From the NCBI GenBank assembly GCA_016199935.1, contig JACQFS010000134.1:28519-92518 (forward strand): 64,000 nt of DNA, given 5' to 3'. The notes beneath the pieces were generated by a model. The model had not been told where the DNA came from and ran no database searches. It worked only from the letters and a program-made list of their open reading frames with translations. The translations under genes and the position numbers were made by a program. Positions 10,148 through 18,774 of the stretch are shown here, one piece after another; within the stretch, counting starts at the first letter, position 1, and the number at the start of each line of letters is the position of its first letter. This stretch comes from Verrucomicrobiota bacterium. GTDB taxonomy: Bacteria; Verrucomicrobiota; Verrucomicrobiia; Limisphaerales; JACQFS01.

Positions 10148-10738
10148 ATGAAAACCACCTCGCTCGCACCCCTGTTGTTCGCACTGCCTCTGGCGCTCCT
10201 CACTCCCGGCTGTTCCACTGAAGGGGAACACCACCACGACCACGGCGCGGCCGCGCACGAATCCTCGTGGGCTTCCGTCAAGCAGCTCGCCGCCGTCATC
10301 AAGCCGACCGCGGGGAACCAGTGCTCCGGCGTCGTGCGCTTTACCGAGGTTGGCGACAAGGTTTACGTGTTCGCCGAACTCGAAGGACTCACGCCCAACG
10401 CGAAACACGCGATGCACATCCACGAGTTCGGCGACGCCACCGGCACCGACGGCATGAAGGCCGGCGGCCACTACAATCCCGAGGGCCACGCGCACGGCCT
10501 GCCCGAAACCGCCGCGCGCCACGCCGGCGACCTCGGCAACGTGCAGGCCGACGCCAACGGCAAGGCCACCTACCGGCTGACCGTGGAAAACGTCACGATG
10601 GTTGGATTGAAGAATCCCATCATCGGCCGCGGTGTGATCGTCCATGCGAAGACGGATGATGGCGGGCAGCCGACCGGGAACGCGGGCGCGCGCATCGGCG
10701 TCGGCGTCATCGGCATTGCCAATCCGCCGACGCAGTAA
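10148..10738 (+). CDS. sodC: Cu/Zn superoxide dismutase, lipoprotein form with a His-rich N-terminal stretch
   Basis: Lipobox LLTPGC. SodC metal-ligand blocks HAMHIHEFGD, GGHYNPEGHAHG, RHAGDLGN, IVHAKTDD. His-rich EGEHHHDHGAAAHE follows the lipobox. Confidence 0.9.
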   Translation: MKTTSLAPLLFALPLALLTPGCSTEGEHHHDHGAAAHESSWASVKQLAAVIKPTAGNQCSGVVRFTEVGDKVYVFAELEGLTPNAKHAMHIHEFGDATGTDGMKAGGHYNPEGHAHGLPETAARHAGDLGNVQADANGKATYRLTVENVTMVGLKNPIIGRGVIVHAKTDDGGQPTGNAGARIGVGVIGIANPPTQ

Positions 10739-10760
10739 CGTCTCCGGCCGGCGCTTCGCC

Positions 10761-11786
10761 ATGAAAACCGCACTCGCCGTTTCGCTCGCCGGCCTTTGCG
10801 TTCTCTCCCTCGCGCTGCCCGCGCCCGCCGCGCCGGCGAACGGTTTCACTGTCACCGAGGACGCCGACCAGATCGGCGTCACAGGCTCGTCGCTGGATTT
10901 CGCCATTCGCAAGAAGGGCTACGTCAGCGGCGTCACGCGCGGAAGTTTCCTCGACAAGCGGACCGGCTTCCGCGATCCGGGCTTCGGCCTCGACATCGCG
11001 GACTTCATCATGGAACCCGGCAACGACGAGGCGTATCGCGACCAGTTGCCACCCGGTCTCCCGTATCGGTTCAACACGCCCGATCACGGCAAGCGGCCGA
11101 AGCGCCTGATCGAAGGCCCGCAGATTTGCACGCAGGCCAGGGAACTCGCGCCGCGCGTCATCCAGGGCCGCGACTTCGTGGCCGTGACGATGAACTGGAA
11201 GTATCACCTCGCCGCGCCGGGCAAGCAGACCGGCTCGGAGTGGAGCCAGACGCTCGTGTTCCCCGCCGGCAAACGCTGGTTCATCTCCAGCGACAAGATC
11301 ACCAGCCGCAACGACAGCCCCGAACTCTTCCTGCGCATTGACATGCCCGGCCACCTCAAGCACACGAACGGAAACACGTTCAGCGAAATTTACCTGAGCT
11401 ACGTCGGGAAAATTTCACCGGCGGAATTCACCAACAACTTCGCGCCCGACGAAAAGTTCAACTACCGCCGCGACACGAACAAGGCGCCGAAGCGTTTCAT
11501 CCGCGCCTATCACCTGCGCGATCCGAAGACCGGCGCGGACGGTCCGTGGCTCGCGGGCATGACGCTCAAGCCCGCGGATGTTTACGAGGGCTGGTGCCAC
11601 CAGCGCGGCTACGTGTGCTTCATCGAGGAGATCGGTGGGCGGCCCATCAAGGCGGGCGGTTCCTTCAGCGCGGCGTTCATCGTCGGCTACTTCGATTCCA
11701 TCGGGGAAATGGAGCGCGTCTATGACCAATACGCCGGCCACAGCGAACTGGAGGCCGGCGAGCGCGGGTGGAAGCTGGTGAAGTGA
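10761..11786 (+). CDS. Secreted hypothetical protein
   Basis: ATG 10761 with signal peptide MKTALAVSLAGLCVLSLALPAPAAP. Long ORF with high G/C at third codon positions. No motif I recognise. Confidence 0.6.
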   Translation: MKTALAVSLAGLCVLSLALPAPAAPANGFTVTEDADQIGVTGSSLDFAIRKKGYVSGVTRGSFLDKRTGFRDPGFGLDIADFIMEPGNDEAYRDQLPPGLPYRFNTPDHGKRPKRLIEGPQICTQARELAPRVIQGRDFVAVTMNWKYHLAAPGKQTGSEWSQTLVFPAGKRWFISSDKITSRNDSPELFLRIDMPGHLKHTNGNTFSEIYLSYVGKISPAEFTNNFAPDEKFNYRRDTNKAPKRFIRAYHLRDPKTGADGPWLAGMTLKPADVYEGWCHQRGYVCFIEEIGGRPIKAGGSFSAAFIVGYFDSIGEMERVYDQYAGHSELEAGERGWKLVK

Positions 11787-11927
11787 ACCGTCATGCGGAA
11801 AATTTTTTACCGCTGACCCGTCCTCCGTAGCACCACTGCGGAGCGTGGATGAACGCGGATTTTCGCTGATGCCGGAGCGCCGGTTTCCGACCCGGCGAAT
11901 CCCCCCTTGCCGTGGCCGGATTCGTCT

Positions 11928-14816
11928 TCAAGGCGCGCCGGCGCGCCCGCTCATTCGCTTGAGGAATTCCTGCCAGCCGACCGGGTCAATGAAGGGATTC
12001 GGTTGTGCCCGCTCGCGGAGGAGCCGTTGCTTGTCGAACGTCTTGTTCTGGTTTGGGTGCGCGCCGAGCCAGAGCTGCACGTCAACGGCGCGGAGTCTGG
12101 CTGCGGTCGGCGCGAAGGCTGCGCCGGCACGGACACCGCCAAGCATCCCGGCGATGGTTATCTTGCCCGAAGATTTGTCCCGCAACGGAAACTCGATGAA
12201 CAGCGTGCCGGGCGTGTGACCCGCCGCAAGGTGAAAGGTGAACTTGCGCCCGCCCCATTCGACCGTCTCGCCGTCGCGCAGCCGGCGGTCGGTCTTGAAC
12301 GGCGGGAACGCGACGCTGATGGTCGCCAACGTGCCGTCGAGCGCGACGGGTTTGCCGGGTTGCCACGCGCCAGACTCGGTGGCCGCAGCGTCGGCCTCGT
12401 GCAGCCACGTCTGCGCGCCATGGTGCTGCTGGAAATACCAGTGACCGCCGATGTGGTCGAGGTGGGCGTGTCCGCCGATGACGACCTTCACATCGCGCGG
12501 GTCAAAGCCGAGCTTGCGGATGCTGTCGAGCAGCCACGGCACCTGATGCGGCATCGTCGAGTCCATGAGCACGAGGCCGTTGGTCGTCGTGAGCAGGTGC
12601 GCGCTGACCTGCGAATTGCCGACGTAGTAAAGGCCGTCCATGATTTCAAACGGCTCGACGGGCCGCGACGTGCGCGAGACGCGATACTGTCCGATTTCGC
12701 CGGGGAACGATTTGGAAATGTCGTAGCACACCGGCGGCGCGGGGTCGGTGGCGGCGGATTTCTTCGGCGGCGCGGGTTGACCGAAAGCCTTCGCATAAAA
12801 CTTCGGCGCGTCGGGCATCGCCTCGTAATACTTCACGTAGTTGTGACCCGTTTCGCCGGGGCGGATGAACTCGTGCTCAATGCCGAGCGACTTGAGCTTC
12901 GCCGAAAGCTCCACCGTGCGGCGGTGCGTGAAGTTTCCCTCCACTTCTCCCGTGATGAGGCGGATGAACATTTTTCCTTTCAGCGCCACCGGATTCTTCT
13001 CCGCGAGCGTGAGCGGGTCGTGCGCGCGCCAGTAGGCCTCGTCGCCCTTGTAGGCGCCGTTCTGGTAAACCTCCTGCACACGGTTGCCACCGTCGCCGGG
13101 CATGATGAGCGCGGGGCCGAGCGCGGTGACGGCACCGAACAAATCGGGATGGCGAAACGCGAGATGCAACGCGCCGTGCCCGCCCATCGAGAAGCCTTCC
13201 AGCGAGCGGCCTTCGCGCGTGCCGAGCGTGCGGCAGGTCTGGTCAATGTGCGGCAGGAGTTCCTTGATGATGACCGTCTCCATCGGGAGCGAGCCGTCCT
13301 TCCAATCGCTGTATTGGCTCCCCGTGCGCGCGCCGCCCCGGCTGCGGCCGTCCACGCCGACGATGAGCATCTCCGGACAATGGCCCACCTTGATGGCGGC
13401 ATCAGTCACCTCGACAAACTTCCAGCAGTCGCGCGGGGTGCCGCCGCCGCCGTGCAGCCAGAACACCACGGGAAAGCGCCGCTGCTTGTCGTTCTCGTAG
13501 CCCGGCGGCAGGTAAAGGGTGTAGCTCACCTCGCCCTTGAGCGCCGCGCTTTGGAACGACTTCGATTGCAGGAGCGCGCTGTCGCCGCGCTGGCTTTCCG
13601 CGCGAGGGGCGGCGGATTTGGCCTTGCCCGCGTCGGATTGCGGTGAGGGTGAAGCCGGGCTGCCCCCGCCGATTTCCGCGAGCGTCACGATGCCGTCGCC
13701 GTTCTTGTCGAACATCCGCACGAATTTCTTCCCCGGTTCGCTGGCCGCTTCGTCGCCAGCGATTTTGCCATCGTTGTTCTTGTCGAGCCGGCGGAAAAGC
13801 TGTTCGGCCTTGCCCGCGTCGTTTGCGGATTCGCGCTTCGTAGCCGCGGGAGTGATGGCCGCAGTCTTGCCCGGAGTGGTGGCGACGTTCGAGGACTTCA
13901 GCGGCAGGGCAAAATGTTTCGCGATGAACTCCACCGCGCGGCGCGCAGCCTCGTCCGTTTCAGCAATGCGCGGGTTGCCGAAGTAGAAGCCGTGCGGGCC
14001 GTTGTCGGGCAGGTAGAGCTCGACCTGCTTGCCGGCGGCGCGAAGCTTCTGTGCGTAAGTCTCCATCACCGACGGCGGCGAACTTGAATCGTTGCGCCCG
14101 CTGATGAGCAGCAGCGGACAGCGCACGTTCGCGACCTCGGTCAGCGGCGTATTGTAGTTCGCCGGAAGTTTGGTGGTGAGTTCCTCCAGCATCAGGCCGT
14201 AGCCCGCGGCCTGTTTGCGGATGGCGTCCATCGCGCGCTGGTTCACGGCCTCGCCTGCCTGCTGCGCCTTGGCGACTTCAACCGGGTCAATCGCCGCCGC
14301 CGCGCATGGAATCGCACAGCTCAAGTCGCAGCGCGACGCGACGCGCGCCGTGTTGTAACCGCCGTGGCTGCCGCCCATCAGCGCGATGCGCTTCGCGTCA
14401 ACGAACGGCATCGCGCGCAGCGTCGCTATCGCACGGCACGCGTCGTCCCATTCGATGGGCAGGAATGGCGACTGTGGCCGGAAATCAATCGAGTAAACCG
14501 CCCAGCCCCGGGCGATGAAGTTCTCCGTGGGCGCCGTGGTCATGCGGCCGAGCGCGTGCGTTCCCGTCGCGGATTCGCCGCCGCCGTGAATCAACACCAC
14601 GGCGGGGAACGGCCCGTCGCCCTTGGGCTTCCGAACGTAGGCGGTGATGGGCGTTTCGTTGACGCCGCGATACTCCTCGACGCGCCCCTGCGAACCGTCC
14701 GAAAACTTTTCCCAAGCGACTGGCGCCACGTCCACCGAAAGGACGAGCGCGCAGGAAAACGGAATCGCGAGAGAAACCAGCGCGAAGGAACGTAGAAAGG
14801 GGTTCAGCGAAAGCAT
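11928..14816 (-). CDS. Four-module secreted hydrolase: S9/DLH-like alpha/beta hydrolase + EF-hand pair + esterase-D-like alpha/beta hydrolase + metallo-beta-lactamase fold
   Basis: VVLIHGGGES...GGSHGG (nucleophile elbow). DKNNDGKIAGDE and DKNGDGIVTLAE (EF-hand loops). VVFWLHGGGG...GFSMGGHG (second elbow). GGHAHLDHIGGH (HxHxDH). The ORF track starts at GTG 14819; ATG at 14816 is more likely. Confidence 0.8.
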   Translation of the reverse strand: MLSLNPFLRSFALVSLAIPFSCALVLSVDVAPVAWEKFSDGSQGRVEEYRGVNETPITAYVRKPKGDGPFPAVVLIHGGGESATGTHALGRMTTAPTENFIARGWAVYSIDFRPQSPFLPIEWDDACRAIATLRAMPFVDAKRIALMGGSHGGYNTARVASRCDLSCAIPCAAAAIDPVEVAKAQQAGEAVNQRAMDAIRKQAAGYGLMLEELTTKLPANYNTPLTEVANVRCPLLLISGRNDSSSPPSVMETYAQKLRAAGKQVELYLPDNGPHGFYFGNPRIAETDEAARRAVEFIAKHFALPLKSSNVATTPGKTAAITPAATKRESANDAGKAEQLFRRLDKNNDGKIAGDEAASEPGKKFVRMFDKNGDGIVTLAEIGGGSPASPSPQSDAGKAKSAAPRAESQRGDSALLQSKSFQSAALKGEVSYTLYLPPGYENDKQRRFPVVFWLHGGGGTPRDCWKFVEVTDAAIKVGHCPEMLIVGVDGRSRGGARTGSQYSDWKDGSLPMETVIIKELLPHIDQTCRTLGTREGRSLEGFSMGGHGALHLAFRHPDLFGAVTALGPALIMPGDGGNRVQEVYQNGAYKGDEAYWRAHDPLTLAEKNPVALKGKMFIRLITGEVEGNFTHRRTVELSAKLKSLGIEHEFIRPGETGHNYVKYYEAMPDAPKFYAKAFGQPAPPKKSAATDPAPPVCYDISKSFPGEIGQYRVSRTSRPVEPFEIMDGLYYVGNSQVSAHLLTTTNGLVLMDSTMPHQVPWLLDSIRKLGFDPRDVKVVIGGHAHLDHIGGHWYFQQHHGAQTWLHEADAAATESGAWQPGKPVALDGTLATISVAFPPFKTDRRLRDGETVEWGGRKFTFHLAAGHTPGTLFIEFPLRDKSSGKITIAGMLGGVRAGAAFAPTAARLRAVDVQLWLGAHPNQNKTFDKQRLLRERAQPNPFIDPVGWQEFLKRMSGRAGAP

Positions 14817-15031
14817 CACAAGCTACCTGTGAGACGCCGCGAGTGCCGTCCCGGCTACGCCAAAACATCCTTCACTATATTTCCATGCACGTCGGTCAGC
14901 CGGCAGTGGCGGCCCTGGAATTTGTAGGTAAGCCGTTCGTGGTCAATGCCGAGGAGGTGGAGCACCGTGGCCTGAAAATCGTGGACGTGGACTTTGTTCT
15001 CGATGGCGTTGAAACCGAAGTCGCCGCTCGC
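14742..15031. repeat. Direct repeat copy A (~290 bp), duplicating the junction between the DUF1501 3' end and the hydrolase 5' end
   Basis: Aligns base for base with 17143-17438, roughly nine positions in ten by eye, with one small indel near 17221-17232. Confidence 0.85.
14855..15031 (-). pseudogene. C-terminal fragment of a DUF1501 gene
   Basis: Encodes ...[54 protein letters not shown], nearly identical to the last ~58 aa of the intact DUF1501 at 17262..18749. The upstream ~440 codons are absent. Confidence 0.8.
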
Positions 15032-15130
15032 CCAGCAGGGGCGGCTCGGCTTCATCTGACGTCCGGCTGGCGGGGACTCGTTTGTTGTTCACGCAAGCCC
15101 TGAACAGTAGCGAACCCACATGGCGTGCGA

Positions 15131-17092
15131 TCACGGTGCCGCTACCCGATAGAAGCGCCATTGCAGGTTCGAGATATCGCCGTCGAGAAACAGGAAAACA
15201 CCATTCGTCAGCACGTTCGTGAGCACGGTCGTCCAGCCCACGAGATTGGTGGATGCGAGCAGATAGTTCGTCTGCCCGATCGCGCCGGTGATTTGAAGCT
15301 GGAAAATTCCGTCGGGCAGAATTGCAACCGGATTCAGCGACGGCACTGACATCGTGGTCACGGCAACGGGCGCTGCCCAAGCGGAGTTGGTCAACGTATT
15401 GAGAGCGCGCACGCGATAGGTGTAGAGTGTCGCGGCGGTGAGCGCGGTATCGGTGAAGTTGGTGACGCCCGCGGCGAGAATATTCGTCGCGCCGAAGGTC
15501 ACGCCGTTGCTGGAACGTTGGAGTTCAAAGCCCGTCTCGTCGTCCGACGCGTCCTGCCACGTGAGCCCGATCTGGCTCGTGGAGATCGCGGCGGCGGTCA
15601 AGTTGGTGGGTGGGGTGATCGGCGCCAATCCCGAACCCGTGAGCAGAATCGCCAGCACATTGTCGTTGACGCCCGTGAACGTCGCCGCCGGGAACGTGAG
15701 CGTGTAACTCGCGCCGTTGCTCGCCCGCGCGACGCTCACGGTGTTTGTCGCGGGCGCGTTCGTTCCCCACAGCCGCGCGACGCCGGTGACGTTCGTCCAG
15801 ATCCAGCCGCCCGCGAGCATCGTGAGGTTGGTGAACGTATTGGTCGTGTTCAACGCGGGCAGCACGAGCAGCACCCGCCGCGTCTGGTCCGCAGATTCGA
15901 GCGTGTAACTTTCCAGCGCGAGCGCGGCGTTGGTCAGCAGCCCCGGCTGGCGCGAGAGCGTGGTCGTGTCCGAGGGGACAAAACCGTGCAGCCATTGCAA
16001 AGCGTCGGTCCCCCGCGTGCCGGACGGGCCGGAACTGGGCGCGTAGAGGCACGCGCGCCCGCCGGCCGGCGTGAGGCCGCGACTGAACCACACGTCCGTC
16101 GCGCGAGAGAGCAGCGAGAGCGCCGCCGTGCCGCCGCGCCCGTCGGTGGCGGCCTTGATGCCGCCCTCCTCGGTGTGCCACACGCCCTGGATGTGCGAGC
16201 CGGGCGTCACCCACTTGTCCACCGCCGTGGCGATGGTCGTGCCGTAAGGCCCGGCGATGTAATGCACGTTCACAATGTCCACGAGGTTGCTCATCACCTG
16301 GCCCGCGAGGCTCGACGCGAGCGGCCTGGCGAAATTGGTGAACACACCTCCGGCATTGGTCTCGATTTCGTAACCGACGATGCGGTAGCTCAACAACGCA
16401 TCGAGCCAGCCGCCGTTGACGCTGCTCACCGTTGCGGCGGGCGCGAGGATTTTGATTTTGTAGGGCGCGGCGCTGGTGGCGTTAACGCCGTTCAACGCTT
16501 CGAGCGCGAGCGCCATCTGATATTCAATCTGGTAGCCGAGGATGCCCCGGTCGTTGAACTTGCCGAGGTGCGTCGGGTTGTCATTGTAGGGCGACGCTGG
16601 ATGCGGATAAGGCAGGCCGCCCGCCGCGACCCACGCGCCAATCGTGCCGGCGGCGTTGGTGGAATAAATCTCGTTGCCCAGTTCCCAATGCGCCGTGTGG
16701 CCGGAGGCGGTGTTGCGGAGGTGGCCCGCGACCATGGCCTGTGCGAGCTGCGTGACGTTGCTGCGCCAGAGCGCGCCGTGGTCGGCGCGGATGGCGTCAA
16801 AGAAATAATTCACGTCCGCCTGCGACCGGTAGTTGTAGCCGTCCTGCACGCAAATCCAGTCGTTGCTGGCGAGCATCGCGTCGAGGTCGGCCGGCACGAT
16901 GGTGTTCCAGTTCGTCGCGTTGCCCGTCACCATCGGGAACAGGCCACGGCTCGTCTCGCGCCACACGTCCACGGCATTGCCGTTACCGACATCCGCGCCG
17001 AGAAATTTTTTCCATGGCTCGGCGCACGCCGAAAAGGGCAGGGCAATGACGAGCACCGCAATTCCGAGCGCCGCGCAAAGTATCCTTTTCAT
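15131..17092 (-). CDS. Secreted clan-GH-A-like glycoside hydrolase candidate + FN3 domain + C-terminal beta-sandwich ending FYRV
   Basis: Signal peptide MKRILCAALGIAVLVIALPFSACA. HWELGNEIY (NE acid/base-type motif of TIM-barrel glycosidases). FN3-like PPTNLTAAAISTSQIGLTWQD...YTYRVRALN. Confidence 0.65.
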   Translation of the reverse strand: MKRILCAALGIAVLVIALPFSACAEPWKKFLGADVGNGNAVDVWRETSRGLFPMVTGNATNWNTIVPADLDAMLASNDWICVQDGYNYRSQADVNYFFDAIRADHGALWRSNVTQLAQAMVAGHLRNTASGHTAHWELGNEIYSTNAAGTIGAWVAAGGLPYPHPASPYNDNPTHLGKFNDRGILGYQIEYQMALALEALNGVNATSAAPYKIKILAPAATVSSVNGGWLDALLSYRIVGYEIETNAGGVFTNFARPLASSLAGQVMSNLVDIVNVHYIAGPYGTTIATAVDKWVTPGSHIQGVWHTEEGGIKAATDGRGGTAALSLLSRATDVWFSRGLTPAGGRACLYAPSSGPSGTRGTDALQWLHGFVPSDTTTLSRQPGLLTNAALALESYTLESADQTRRVLLVLPALNTTNTFTNLTMLAGGWIWTNVTGVARLWGTNAPATNTVSVARASNGASYTLTFPAATFTGVNDNVLAILLTGSGLAPITPPTNLTAAAISTSQIGLTWQDASDDETGFELQRSSNGVTFGATNILAAGVTNFTDTALTAATLYTYRVRALNTLTNSAWAAPVAVTTMSVPSLNPVAILPDGIFQLQITGAIGQTNYLLASTNLVGWTTVLTNVLTNGVFLFLDGDISNLQWRFYRVAAP

Positions 17093-17142
17093 GCAAAACT
17101 ATTACTGCGACGGGCTGCGCACGGTGCGGCATCCCCCGAATG

Positions 17143-17438
17143 GGCGAGCGCGCAGGAAAACGGAATCGCGTGAGAGACCAGCGTGAAGGAACGGAGAAAG
17201 GGTTTCAGCGAGAGTATCACAATCACAATATGCTTGTGAGACGCTGCGAGTGCGGCCCCGGCTACGCCAGAAGCGGCTTCACCACATTTCCATGCACGTC
17301 GGTCAGCCGGTAGTGGCGGCCCTGGAATTTGTAGGTGAGGCGTTCGTGGTCAATGCCGAGGAGGTGCAGCACCGTGGCCTGGAAATCGTGGACGTGGACT
17401 TTGTTCTCGATGGCGTTGAAGCCGAATTCGTCGCTCGC
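17143..17438. repeat. Direct repeat copy B (~296 bp)
   Basis: Partner of 14742-15031. It contains the intact DUF1501 3' end plus a degraded copy of the hydrolase gene start. Confidence 0.85.
17146..17220 (-). pseudogene. 5' relic of the 963-aa hydrolase gene
   Basis: Reverse strand reads GTG ATA CTC TCG CTG AAA CCC TTT..., versus GTG ATG CTT TCG CTG AAC CCC TTT at 14819. The ATG has become ATA and only ~25 codons are retained. Confidence 0.7.
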
Positions 17439-18749
17439 GCCGTAGCTCAAACCGGGCTTCACGCCGCCGCCCGCCATCCAGAGCGTGAACGCGTAGGGAT
17501 GATGGTCGCGGCCCCATTGCTTGGTCTCCTCGATCTTGCCCTGCAGAAACGGCGTGCGCCCAAACTCGCCACCCCAGATGACGAGCGTGTCGTCGAGCAG
17601 GCCGCGTTGCTTGAGGTCCTGCACCAGCGCGGCGCTCGGGGCGTCCACGTCGGTGCACTGGATTTTGAGCTGGGTGTTGAGGTTGCGATGCTGGTCCCAG
17701 CCGGCGTGCATGAGCTGGATGAACTTCACGCCGCGCTCGGCGAGCCGGCGGGCCATGAGGCAGTTGTAGGCGTAGCTGCCCTGCCGCCGCACGTCGGGGC
17801 CGTAGGCGTCGAGGGTGGACTGCGGTTCCTTCGAGAGGTCGGTGAGTTCGGGCACGCTGGCCTGCATCTTGTAGGCCATCTCGTATTGCGCGATGCGCGT
17901 GGCGATTTCCGGGTCGCCGAATTCGCGCAGCTTCAGCTCGTTCAACCGCGCGAGGTCGTCGAGGATGCCCCGGCGCACTTCGCGGCTCATGCCGTCGGGG
18001 TTCGAGAGGTAAAGCACCGGGTCGCCGCTGCCGCGGAATTTCACGCCCTGAAATTTCGACGGCAGAAATCCGCTGCCCCAGTAGAAGTCGTAGAAAATCT
18101 GGCCGCAGCTCGCCTCCTTGTCGCGCGAGGTCATCACGACGAACGACGGCAGCTCCTGCGTGTCAGTGCCAAGGCCGTAGGTGAGCCACGCGCCCATGCT
18201 CGGGCGGCCGGCCATCTCGGAGCCGGTGAGGAAAAACGTGATGCCGGGCGCGTGGTTCACGGCCTCGGTGTGCATGGACTTGATGAAGCACAGGTCGTCG
18301 GCGATGGCCGCGGTGCGCGGGAGGAAATCGCTCACCCACGCGCCGCTCCGGCCGTGCTGCTTGAAGTTCGTGATCTCGCCGAGCACCGGGCGCGCGGTCT
18401 GGCTGCCGGTCATCGTGCTGAAGCGCCGTCCGCCCACGACCTCGTCGGGAATCTGTTTGCCGTGCCACTCCTTGAGCTTGGGCTTGTAGTCGAACAAGTC
18501 CACGTGCGACGGCGCGCCGTTTTGGAAGAGGTAGATGACGCGCTTGGCCTTCGGGGCGAAGTGCGGGAGGTCGGGCAAGCCGCTGGAGAAGTTTTGAGTT
18601 TTGAGTTTTGAGTTTTGAGTTGGGGCGGCTGCGCCGAACGCCTCGCGATTCAGCAACGAGGCCAGCGCCGCGGTGCCGAGGCCCATGGCGCTGCGGCCGA
18701 AGAATTGCCGGCGCGTGAGGAAGGCCTGGTGATCGAACAGCGGGTTCAT
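17262..18749 (-). CDS. DUF1501-family (sulfatase-fold) protein, Tat-secreted
   Basis: Tat motif TRRQFFGRSAMGLGTAAL. PHFAPKAKRVIYLFQNGAPSHVDLFDYKP; MHAGWDQHRN; C-terminal [20 protein letters not shown]. Confidence 0.9.
   Translation of the reverse strand: MNPLFDHQAFLTRRQFFGRSAMGLGTAALASLLNREAFGAAAPTQNSKLKTQNFSSGLPDLPHFAPKAKRVIYLFQNGAPSHVDLFDYKPKLKEWHGKQIPDEVVGGRRFSTMTGSQTARPVLGEITNFKQHGRSGAWVSDFLPRTAAIADDLCFIKSMHTEAVNHAPGITFFLTGSEMAGRPSMGAWLTYGLGTDTQELPSFVVMTSRDKEASCGQIFYDFYWGSGFLPSKFQGVKFRGSGDPVLYLSNPDGMSREVRRGILDDLARLNELKLREFGDPEIATRIAQYEMAYKMQASVPELTDLSKEPQSTLDAYGPDVRRQGSYAYNCLMARRLAERGVKFIQLMHAGWDQHRNLNTQLKIQCTDVDAPSAALVQDLKQRGLLDDTLVIWGGEFGRTPFLQGKIEETKQWGRDHHPYAFTLWMAGGGVKPGLSYGASDEFGFNAIENKVHVHDFQATVLHLLGIDHERLTYKFQGRHYRLTDVHGNVVKPLLA
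18591..18625. repeat. Heptamer tract (GTTTTGA)x4 plus a degenerate fifth unit, inside the DUF1501 CDS
   Basis: Four perfect 7-bp units at 18591-18618, then GTTGGGG. On the coding strand it reads (TCAAAAC)n and encodes QNSKLKTQN. Confidence 0.9.
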
Positions 18750-18774
18750 GGTCTGGCTAAACGCGAATTATTTT

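Noticed and set aside
18591-18625. The heptamer tract as a classical phase-variation (contingency) switch.
   Set aside because: Not supported from one sequence. Equivalent tracts sit in housekeeping-type genes (PGM/PMM) and are partly degenerate, which fits fixed insertions better. It is kept as a testable side hypothesis only.
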